A stretch of DNA of 64,000 nt from Mobula hypostoma (Eukaryota). Made by a program: the position numbers and the translations under genes. Below, piece by piece: positions 1-11,900 of this stretch (within the stretch, counting starts at the first letter, position 1; every line of letters begins with the position of its first letter). The notes below the pieces were generated by a model. It did no database searches. It saw nothing but the letters and a program-made list of their open reading frames with translations, and had not been told where the DNA came from. The stretch spans positions 3,968,001 through 4,032,000 of the forward strand of contig NC_086123.1 of assembly GCF_963921235.1 (NCBI RefSeq), read 5' to 3'.

Positions 1-999
1 GCTCCTTACTGTAACTAAGTTAAAATAAGTAGTAGTTTTCCCAACAAACTCTTGCTCCAGAAGAGCAGTTTGAACAGGAGTATTGACCATTTACGTTTGG
101 TTCAGCTTGTCAGAAAGAGAAAATAAGCCCATTCTTATTGAGGAAATCAACATTTATGATTCCTCCTAATTGTCCCAAACTATTTGGCAGAATTACCAAA
201 ACAATTTTGTCTATTTTTAAAGCCTTGAGCCAATATTCCAAATTCATGTGAGTTTTATTATATCTTCCTGAATTGTACATGACCCAGTTCATGTTTTGTT
301 TTCACCAACTATAGTTCAGATAACTAACAAGGGATTGGAATATCATAGTTAAAGGAAAGGTAAAACACCTCCCAACTTTAGCTCATCACAAGCAAAGCAA
401 CTTTGTCTAAGATTAAAAAATCATAATTTTCCTTAGGTCACAGTCTATTTCATCAAACATGGAGTGAATTCAAAATCCCTATCTTGCTCTTCATCTCTGT
501 TATTATCTGGTCTCTATCCGACCTTCATTCTCACTCTCTCTGAATCACAGGATCTTAAAAGCTCCCAAGCTTCAACGAACATTTTTGAAACTCAGCCTCA
601 TCTGCTCTCTTTTCCCTCCACACTCACTCTCTCTTTCTCTCCCTCTCCTCTCTCTCTCTCTGTCTCTCTCTCTTCCTCTCTCTTTCATTCTCTCTTTACT
701 CTCACCAAATCACAGGATCTCAAAATTTGGCAAATCTCTTTTGAAACTCATGGATCACTCACCCACTTTCTATCAATTCAGAACATGAAAAAAGTGGTCA
801 AGATGGCGCCAGCGTACGACGTTCCCATAGTCGACATCTTCCAGATGACAAGCAAAAAGCTTTTTCACTTCTTTTACGTATGTTTTCACCTTAAAAACGT
901 TTCTGGAGGGATAGAGCCTGCAACTTACAGCCTTCAGCACCGACGATCCCACTCCGGGTTGTCCCACATCTTCCCCATCACAGTCTCAGCCATTCCCTC

Positions 1000-1290
1000 A
1001 GCAGATTCTGGATCAGAGCCGAGCATCCCTCCACCAGGCAGATACTCCGGTGACCCTAATGGCTGCAGGAAGTTTATGACCCAGTGTGAGCTGACTTTCC
1101 AAGCCCAGCCAGGTCGGTTCAGTGATGATGTGCGTACGTGGTGAATCACTCGGACTCCATTCACCTGTTCAATGCTCTGTGAGAACAAGGTTCCCCCTAC
1201 AGCTCAGTCCTTCCACCAACTCGTGGTTGAGTTCAAGAGAGCGTTTGATCTTCCGGTGCAGGGTTAGGAGGCAGCTCACCGAATGGTAGG
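1000..1290 (+). mobile_element. Degenerate Ty3/Gypsy gag fragment (duplicated at about 25320-25610)
   Basis: PGRYSGDPNGCRKFMTQCELTFQAQPGRF resembles Gypsy/Sushi gag; stops follow. Confidence 0.6.
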
Positions 1291-1299
1291 GCACAGAAG

Positions 1300-1990
1300 A
1301 GTGCGGTGGAGCAAAGGGATCCATAATTCATTGAAAGTGGCCTCTCAGGTTCATAGGGTCATAAAGAAAGTTTTTGCCACATTGGTTTTCATAAATCAAT
1401 GTACTGAGTACAGGAGATGGGATATTATGTTGAAGTTGTATAAGACGTTAATGAGGCCTAATTTGGAGTATTGTGTGCACTTTTGATCACCTACTAACAG
1501 GAAAGTTATAAACAAGGTTGAACAAATACAGAGAATATTTACAAGGATGTGTTGCTGGGGCTTGAGGACCTGAGTTATAAGGAAAGATTACATGGGTTAG
1601 GACAGTATTCCTTAGAACGTAGAAGATTGAGAGGAGATTTGATAGAGATGTACAAAATTATTAGTCCTTAGGTATTGTAAATGCAAGCAGGCGTTTTCCA
1701 CTGAGGTTGAGTGAGACTACAACCAGAGGTCATGGGTTAAGGGTGAAAGGTGAAAAGTTTAAGGGGAACATGAAGGGAAACTCCATCACTCAGAGGGTGG
1801 TGAGAGCATGGAACAAGCTGCCAGCGTAAGTGGTGCATGAGAGCTCGATTTCAACACTTAAGAGAAGTTTGGATCGGTGCATGGATGGTAGGGGTATGGA
1901 GGGTTATGGTCCGGTGCAGGTCGATGGGAGTAGGCAGTTTAATAGTTTTCGGCATGGACAATTTTTGTTCTGTACTTCTCTATGATTCTA
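1300..1990 (+). mobile_element. CR1 LINE 3' fragment
   Basis: LYKTLMRPNLEYCVHF; CR1 RT C-terminus and 3' UTR. Confidence 0.8.
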
Positions 1991-2671
1991 CTTCCGTTTC
2001 CCATCGAGAAATAATGTGCAGGTTCAGGGACAGGAACCTACCTGAGACTTGAACCCAATCCAGAGAAAACACATTGTCTACTTTAATCTAAGGGTCCTGC
2101 CATCTAACCTGATAAATCCAGTTGTGAAAACATCACAGGCCAATGAGGTGACTTTAGATGAATGGCAATAAAATGGATATAAACTTTAGAAGGAAGTGGG
2201 GTTGTGAGGACTGACAGAGATGAAGACATAGAATCTTCTCCTCAGTCTCAGCCCGAGACTTACAACTGCAGAAATCCTCCTTTCTGTGGCCCTGAAATGT
2301 CCGTCTGCAACTCATTGCAAAGTTTTTGTAAGAATGGTACTTGTGTCTGGAAATCTTCTTTAGAATTATAATCTCTGTTCGAATTACTACAGAGAGTAAA
2401 TGTGCTCTTTAAGAATAAAATAATGATGTTTAATCTGCTTTGTTAGCTGGAAGTATCCCCTCCTTGGTTGTGAGGGGTGGTCCCACCACTCGAAATAGTG
2501 ATTACTGACAGCTAAACTCATTCAGAAAAGAGACCAAAATAGATAAGTAAATTAGTCTTTGACTTATAGGTTGCCACAGTATAACCTCTCTCAAGTGAGT
2601 AGGCTAATAGCTGTCTATAACTTTAAGGCTTAAGGTCTCGTCTTAAGTTTAGGACAATAAACTTGTTTGGC

Positions 2672-2903
2672 GGGAGGAGAAGATGGCGGCGCGCCTGCAT
2701 GTGCGCAGCTCTCCGGTGCAAAATGATATCGTATCTGTTAAATAGGGGCCGTGGACAATTCTGATTTGATGGAGAATGGATGTGAAAGGACAGAGGAACA
2801 TCTGGAGAAATTTCTGAAACGCCCGTTCGCTGCTGTCGTTACTGTGTGGTCGGGAATCTTTCGGAGGGTAGGCCTCAAAATCCCGTCCTTGCCTGCTTTT
2901 GGC
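2672..2903 (+). mobile_element. 5' part of a non-autonomous interspersed element fused to PLA2 exon 1
   Basis: Begins GGAGAAGATGGCGGC; homologous to 25675-26200 (+) and 36743-37240 (-). Confidence 0.75.
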
Positions 2904-5900
2904 CTGATTGTCCTGCTTCTGCTCTCAGGTAAGGAGACTCTCCTCGAGTGAGCCTTACTTTGATGTTGGTTGCTTCATGTTCTAACCTGTTTGTGTCTGT
3001 CTGTTCCTCTCTCTCCTGATGTAGCTGGTGTTGGGAGCACTTCCATTGAGTCCAGGAATCTTTATCAGTTCAATAAAATGATTAAATGTACCAACCCAGG
3101 CGTCATCCCACCACTGCAATTCAATGACTACGGCTGTTACTGTGGACCTGGTGGATCTGGGACACCAGTGGATGAGTTTGACCGGTAGGTGGACAGACGA
3201 TCTCTACAAAGCCAGTTACTATCCATTGGAGTCCAGGGACAGAGAAATGTTCTCATTCATTGTCAGAGGCAGCAGGATTGCATCTTCACTGAAGCTTTAA
3301 AATACCCCATTAAATCTCCCAATGTGAAATATGTTTCTGATGGTGGTAGTGAGTGACGATTGATGTCATGGGGTTTGCAGGCAGGTTATGGTGCCTGCTG
3401 TGGCCACACAAATACTGGCCGTGTGTCCTGGAAATAATCAGAGAGGGCAATTGCTGATGGTATATCTCACAATCTGCTTTTTGCTGTAGTTGTCAGTACT
3501 CCGACTTGAGTTAAGTTCCTGTTGGTGCAGATATGGCTGTGTATTAATTTTCTGCTTGGTGTTACTTTCAGTCCTGAAATTGGCTCCATTGAGTTGGTAA
3601 TGCGGTCTCTGTTGAAGAATTTTTTGCACCGTGGTTTTAGCGAGTTGATTTGCTGGAGCCTCTCCAGTGGTGGTTTCTGAGATGTGAGCCGTGATCAGGA
3701 TATGCCGTCTGTCCTGCAGTGATCACGAGAGACAGATCACAGATTGGTGCAGCTGGGGCTGAAGGTTTCCTACTGAGGGTGGAGGAGGACAATGACACTT
3801 GCTAGGGCTGGGAGACACTCAGTGCCTGTTGACTTCAGAGCCCCAGTGATGGTACAGAGGGTAGTGCTGGGTTTGCAGTGCCACCGGTCTGTACTGGAGC
3901 TCAGGACTGTGTTGTGGAACACACCGAGGACAGAGCAGCTGCTCCCAGGGAGGATTCTGTCCTTCTGGAGGATTGAACAGGGGGTTCGATCATGGCAGCA
4001 CAAGAGAGAACCATGACCCAGTAGCTACCTTAGTAAGGGAGCGAGGAAGGAAAGGAGAGAGGGCAACCAGCTGGTCGATCAGTCTGTTGCTTGTTGTTGG
4101 GTCTTGAACACACACAATCCATAGAAAAAGGGAAGAACTAAACATTGGTCACCTTCTCAGGTCTATTGTGGTCACGTCACTTGGAGGAATTCTTTTCCAC
4201 ATTCCCGACTGAGTCCCCACAGATCCTGATTCCACATCCCACTGTGAAGCTCCTCCCCAACTCCCTGGTACGATATGAGCCTGCTCAGTTACCCTCAGCT
4301 CAGATCACCTCCTGACTCTTAGCTCTACATGGGAAGTGTCTGACACTGGAGGCTGCTGTAACAGTGTTCTGTTCACTCTAGTCCATGAGTTTTCTACTAA
4401 ACGTTATCTGTGATTTTACAGGTGCTGCCAGACCCATGACAAGTGTTATGAAGATGCTGACAAAAAAGAGAAGTGCAGAACTGTCTTTTCACCCAAAATG
4501 ATATATTACAAGTACAGCTGCTCAAAGGGGAAAATCAAATGTACAAGTGAGTATGATCAGAGAGTGCCTCATTGTCTAATTTTTACCTCTGCTTCCATGG
4601 TCAGCAACTTTTGTCCATCCCTCATCGTCTTTGTGAAGGTGCTGGTGAGCTGCCATCTTGAACCACTGGAGTTGCCCTGGTGATGGTTCTCCCACAATGC
4701 TCTTGTGCTGAAGCTCCAGCATTCAGACCCAGTGATGATGGAGGAACGGGTTATGTTCCATGTCTGGATGGTGTGAGACTTGCAGGGACCTGTATGTGAT
4801 GCTGATCTCTGTCCCTCTAGATGGTAAAGGTTATTGGTCTGGGAGATTTGGCTGAGATACACTGGCTGCTGAATTGTACAATAGCACAGAATGCTGATAG
4901 TGGATATTGGTAGAGATCATTTCATTTGGTTTATTATTGTCGCAGGTAACAAGCCACAGTGAAAAGCTTTGTTTTTCATGCCATCCATACAGACAGAGTT
5001 GCAATGAAATCAGTTCCTTTGTCACTAGTAATGACGAGCTCCTTCTGTGTTTGGGAGCTGCACTCACCCAGGTACTGGGGCGATATCCCACTCCTGGCTG
5101 ATGGTGGAAAGGCTTCAGGCAGTAAGACATCAATCACTTCTTATGGGATGTTTAAGTTCTGACCTGCTCTTGTAAACATTCGTTAATGCATCTTGGTGAA
5201 TTATATGTGAGGGTCACCAGTGAACTCCAGTGCAAAATCTCAGAGACTCTGGCAATTCAAACACAACAACAGATTTAAGACAGAAAGTAAGCAAGAAAAC
5301 TAACAAGAGCTCAGGCAAACTATGCAGAATCCTGACAAACAGAAATCGCTCAGATACACAGAAGAACTCGGTCAGAGTTTCACCACACAAGGGCCCACAA
5401 TGACTGAGCAAAGAGGGTTTGGCCAGTTCCCCTGACATACACCCTGGAGCACATAGCAATTCAGAACAGCCCCGAGCCCAGGCAAAACATTAACCCCCAA
5501 GTCAACGACTACACTGAAAGACAGAGAAAATCCTGTGCTGATTCAGTTACCCAAATTGAATAAAAGTGATAAATGCAAGGAGAGCGTCTGATCCGATATG
5601 AGACACCTGCAACACAAAGTGAGTGAGTTCTAAGAAAAATAATTAGAATCCGGTTACTAATTTCTCAAAGGACATCAAACGGCTTTCTTGAAACAAGTCC
5701 ATAAAGGAAAAAATTCCTTTATTCCTCCAAAGAGAAAAGGTGGGATCACTAAGTGAAGGTTTAAGTAAATAGTTTCGATAAATTAAACTAAAAAGGTTAA
5801 ATTTTTTAAGATTAAAAGCTTACGAAACTGGTACCAGATTCGTAATGATAGATTAATCATAGGCTTTATATTTAGAATAGAAATTTTGGCTAATTGTACA

Positions 5901-8900
5901 GGTAAAGGAGCTCCTGATAACGAACTTAAATGAAATTGTTTCACAATTTTCAATTCCAAATCAACCCAAGATGGTCGTCCCTTTTTATCAGTCCAATATA
6001 ACCAAGAACACGCATAACGTATATTAACCGCCCAATAATACATTCTTAAATTAGGCAAAGTAAGAACTCCATCCTTTTTTAATTTTTGTAAATGACATTT
6101 TCCAATTCTTGGTCTTTTATTATTTCAAACAAAAGATGAAATAATAGAGTCAACTTGATCAAAAACTTCTTAGTTAGAAAATTAGGAATATTTTGAAATA
6201 CATATAAAAGTTTTGGTAAAATCATCATTTTAACTGCATGAATTTGACCTGCTAATGAAAGTGTAAGTGGATTCCATCTAGAAAAAAATTGCTTCATAAA
6301 ATCCACTAAGGGAACTTTATTAGCTCTATAAAGGTTTCCATAATTTTTAGTGATGATAATACTTAAATATTTAAAAGAATCCGTAACTTTTAGAGGAATG
6401 TCATCATATATAGAAGCAGAATCATTTAAAGGAAATAATTCACATTTATGCAGTTTTAACTTATATCCTGAAAACAATCCAAATTCATTGAATAATTTCA
6501 CCAAACTAGAAATAGATTCTTCGGGATTCGAAACATAAACCAAAAGATCATCCTCATAAAGGGAGATCTTATGAATAGTCCCATTTCTAGAAATTCCTTG
6601 AATATGTTTAGCTTCACAAAGTGCAATAGCCAAAGGTTCCAACATCAAATTAAATAACAGAGGACTTAACGGACATCCTTGTCTCGTACCCCGGGAAAGT
6701 TGGAAAAAGGGGGATCTACAGTTATTAGTGATAACAGTGGCAATAGGGCTTTTATATATCAATCTAATCCATTTATTAAAATTAGTACCAAAGCTAAATA
6801 TCTCTAAAACTTTAAATAGATATTTCCATTCAACTCTATCAAATGCCTTTTCGGCATCTAGAGAAACAATACACTGGGGAATCTTAGAGAGGGATGTGTA
6901 TATAATATTTAACAGTCTTCGAGTGTTAGAAAACGAATAACGCCTTTTATAAACCTGTTTGATCCTGAGAAATAATCTTAGCTAGTATATTCTCTATCCG
7001 ATTAGCCATTAATTTTGAAAGAATTTTGGCATCCACATTTAATAATGAAATATGTCTACATGAAGCACAATCAGTAGGGTCTTTATCTTTCTTAGGAATT
7101 AAAGAAATAGAAGCTTCATAAAATGTGGAAGGTAACTCTGCAAGCAGAAAAGAATCTTTAAGCATTTCCAACATATAAGGAGTAAGCAAATGTTCAAATT
7201 TTTTATAAAATCCTACAGTAAAACCATCCAATCCAAGAGCTTTACCAGATTGCATTGAAAGAATAGCTTTCTGAATTTCTCTTTCAGTAAAAGGAGCATC
7301 AAGAATTTGCTGATCTTCAACAGATATTCTAGGAAAATCAATCTTTTGTAAAGAGGCAGCTGGAAACTGAGATTTATAGAGTTGACTGTAATAGTCTTGA
7401 AAATTTTTATTAATATCTTCATAATTACAAGCTAAACTACCATCTCCCTTACGAATTTTTAAAATTTGTCTTTTAGCTCTAACTGCTTTAAGTTGAGATG
7501 ATAATAGCTTGTTACTTTTATCTCCAAACATATAAAATTGTCTTTTTAAATTAAGCAAATTTCTTTCAATAGGATAAGTTAATAGTAAATTATATTGTGA
7601 TTGAAGTTCAACCCTTTGTTTAAATAAATCAACATTAGAAGAAACTGCATAAGTATTATCTAGATCTTTAATTAGTCTTGAAATTCTATCTAACTCTATT
7701 TTTGTCTGTTTCTTGAGTTTAGCCAAATAAGATATTTTCTGACCTCGCAAATATGCTTTAAGTGTATCCCATATAATCAATTTCGAGACTTCTCCCGTAT
7801 TATTAAGAAGAAAGAAATCTTTTATCTGAATCTCTATAAAGTTAACAAAGTCCGAACTTTGTAATAAATTCTTTGGAAAGCGCCAAGGCAAGTTTACATT
7901 ACTAACATCAAAAGTTAGTAAAAAGTTAAGCTCAAAAGTTAAGTTTAAAGAAACATAGAAAATAGGTGCAGGAGTAGGCCATTCGGCCCTTCGAGCCTGC
8001 ACCGCCATTTATTATGATCATGGCTGATCATCCAACTCAGAACCCCGCCCCAGCCTTCCCTCCATACCCACTGACCCCTGTAGCCACAAGGGCCATATCT
8101 AACTCCCTCTTAAATATAGCCAATCAACTGGCCTCAACTGTTTCCTGTGGCAGAGAATTCCACAGATTCACCACTCTCTGTGTGAAGAAGTTTTTCCTAA
8201 TCTCGGTCCTAAAAGGCTTCCCCTCTATCCTCAAACTGTGACCCCTCGTTCTGGACTTCCCCAACATCGGGAACAATCTTCCTGCATCTAGCCTGTCCAA
8301 TCCCTTTAGGATCTTATACGTTTCAATCAGATCCCCCCTCAATCTTCTAAATTCCAACGAGTACAAGCCCAGTTCATCCAGTCTTTCTTCATATGAAAGT
8401 CCTGCCATCCCAGGAATCAATCTGGTGAACCTTCTTTGTACTCCCTCTATGGCAAAGATGTCTTTCCTCAGATTAGGGGACCAAAACTGCACACAATACT
8501 CCAGGTGTGGTCTCACCAAGGCCTTGTACAACTGCAGTAGTACCTCCCTGCTCCTGTACTCGAATCCTCTCGCTATAAATGCCAGCATACCATTCGCATT
8601 TTTCACCGCCTGCTGTACCTGCATGCCCACTTTCAATGACTGGTGTATAATGACACCCAGGTCTCGTTGCACCTCCCCTTTTCCTAATCGGCCACCATTC
8701 AGATAATAATCTGTTTTCCTATTTTTGCCACCAAAGTGGATAACTTCACATTTATCCACATTAAATTGCATCTGCCATGAGTTTGCCCACTCACCCAACC
8801 TATCCAAGTCACCCTGCATCCTCTTAGCATCCTCCTCACTGCTAACACTGCCACCCAGCTTCGTGTCATCCGCAAACTTGGAGATGCTGCATTTAATTCC

Positions 8901-11900
8901 CTCATCCAAGTCATTAATATATATTGTAAACAACTGGGGTCCCAGCACTGAGCCTTGCGGTACCCCACTAGTCACCGCCTGCCATTCTGAAAAGGTCCCG
9001 TTTATTCCCACTCTTTGCTTCCTGTCTGCTAACCAATTCTCCACCCACACCAATACCTTACCCCCAATACCGTGTGCTTTAAGTTTGCACACTAATCTCC
9101 CGTGTGGGACCTTGTCAAAAGCCTTTTGAAAATCCAAATATACCACATCCACTGGTTCTCCCCTATCCACTCTACTAGTTACATCCTCAAAAAATTCTAT
9201 GAGATTCGTCAGACATGATTTTCCTTTCACAAATCCATGCTGACTTTGTCCGATCATTTCACTGCTTTCCAAATGTGCTGTTATCACATCCTTGATAACT
9301 GACTCCAGCAGTTTCCCTACCACCGACATTAGGCTAACCGGTCTATAATTCCCCGGTTTCTCTCTCCCTCCTTTTTTAAAAAGTGGGGTTACATTAGCCA
9401 CCCTCCAATCCTCAGGTGCTAGTCCAGAATCTAACGAGTTTTGAAAAATTATCACTAATGCATCCACTATTTCTTGGGCTACTTCCTTAAGCACTCTAGG
9501 ATGCAGACCATCTGGCCCTGGGGATTTATCTGCCTTCAATCCCTTCAATTTACCTAACACCACTTCCCTACTAACATGTATTTCACTCAGTTCCTCCATC
9601 TCACTGGACCCTCTGTCCCTTACTATTTCTGGAAGATTATTTACGTCCTCCTTAGTGAAGACAGAACCAAAGTAATTATTCAATTGGTCTGCCATGTCCT
9701 TGCTCCCCATAATCAATTCACCTGTTTCTGTCTGCAGGGGACCTACATTTGTCTTTACCAGTCTTTTCCTTTTTACATATCTATAAATGCTTTTACAGTC
9801 CTTTTTTATGTTCCCCGCCAGTTTTCTCTCATAATCTTTTTTCCCCTTCCTAATTAAGCCCTTTGTCCTCCTCTGCTGAACTCTGAATTTCTCCCAGTCC
9901 TCAGGTGAGCCACTTTCTCCGGCTAATTTGTATGCTACTTCTTTGGAATTGATACTATCCCTAATTTCTCTTGTCAGCCACGGGTGCACTACCTTCCTTG
10001 ATTTATTCTTTTGCCAAACTGGGATGAACAATTGTTGTAGTTCATCCATGCAACCTTTAAATGTTTGCCATTGCATATCCATCGTCAATCCTTTAAGTGT
10101 CATTTGCCAGTCTATCTTAGCTAATTCACGTCTCATACCTTCAAAGTTACCCCTCTTTAAGTTCAGAACCTTTGTTTCTGAATTGACTATGTCACTCTCC
10201 ATATTAATGAAGAATTCCACCATATTATGGTCACTCTTACCCAAGGGGCCTCTCACGACAAGATCGCTAATTAACCCTTCCTCATTGCTCAAAACCCAGT
10301 CCAGAATAGCCTGCTCTCTAGTTGGTTCCTCGACATGTTGGTTCAAAAAACCATCCCGCATACATTCCAAGAAATCCTCTTCCTCAGCACCTTTACCAAT
10401 TTGGTTCACCCAGTCTACATGTAGATTGAAGTCACCCATTATAACTGCCGTTCCTTTATTGCACACATTTCTAATTTCCTGTTTAATACCATCTCCGACC
10501 TCACTACTACTGTTAGGTGGCCTGTACACAACTCCCACCAGTGTCTTCTGCCCCTTAGTGTTACGCAGCTCTACCCATATAGATTCCACATCTTCCCGGC
10601 TTATGTCCTTCCTTTCTATTGCGTTAATCTCTTCTTTAACCAGCAACGCCACCCCACCTCCCCTTCCTTCATGTCTATCCCTCCTGAATATTGAATATCC
10701 CTGAACGTTGAGCTCCCATCCCTGGTCACCCTGGAGCCATGTCTCTGTGATCCCAACTATATCATAATCATTAATAACAATCTGCACTTTCAATTCATCC
10801 ACCTTATTACGAATGCTCCTTGCATTGACACATAAAGCCTTCAGGCGCTCTTTTACAACTCTCTAAGCCCTTATACAATTATGTTGAAAAGTGGCCCTTT
10901 TTAATGCTTGCCTTTTTAAAGGTGCATGATCCGAGACTGCAATAGCATCATATTTACATTTCCGGACTTCCGACAAAAATCGGAAATCAGCCATAAAATA
11001 ATCAATTCTCGAATATTTATTATGAGCATATGAATAAAAAGAATAATCTCTGTCATTAGGGTGTAAATTTCTCCAGATTTCTATCAAACCATAATCAATT
11101 AAAAAGCAATTAATAAGTGTTGCCGAACGACTCGGAAGCTGCTGATTGGTTGAACTCTTGTCAATCAAAGGGTTTAAACAGTTGAAGTCACCTCCCATCA
11201 GCAGCATATATTCATTTAAGCCTGGTAATAAACCAAACATATTTTTTAAAAAAGGATCATCTACATTAGGTCCGTATAGATTAACCAGGACAATTTTTCT
11301 ATTACAAATTGTTCCTTTAATAATTAAAAATCTACCATTATTATCTGAGACAATGTCTTCTTGAATAAATAAAAAATCTGATTTAATAAAAATAGATACT
11401 CCCTTTGTTTTATTTTGACAAGTAGCATGGTATTGAAGGCCCTTCCATGTTTTAAAAAATCTATTTTGATCGCCCATTCTGATATGCGTTTCTTGAGCAA
11501 AAATTATATCGGGCTGGAATCGATTAAAAACTTAAATAAATGTCTTCTTTCGCTTAATAGGGTGATTCCTTCCACGTACATTCCAACTAATAACGTTTAT
11601 CTGTTTAAGTACCATTGGATATTATTCTTAAATACAACAATACACACATCCCATCGCGGGCTAATCAAAGATGGCGGAGATGAATATAACCAAATAGAAA
11701 ACGCGCATGCTCCGGAACTCCATAATGTGAAAAATACAAAAAGTGTGTGTGAAAAAAAACCACAATAAACCCCAAAATACATAAATATCCCCAAACCTCC
11801 CACCATCCCCAAAGAAGGAAATCTGACAAAAGAAAGAAAGGCCGGAACACATCCCCAAGAAAAGACATAAGAACGGAATTCCGCGTGCTGCTCAATTTAA

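Noticed and set aside
464-1144. 226-aa ORF (219 aa at 24807-25466) as a host gene
   Set aside because: Runs through a CT microsatellite into a decayed gag fragment, and the two copies differ by a frameshift.
8425-10704. Plus-strand ORFs up to 258 aa
   Set aside because: Antisense shadows of the CR1 ORF2.
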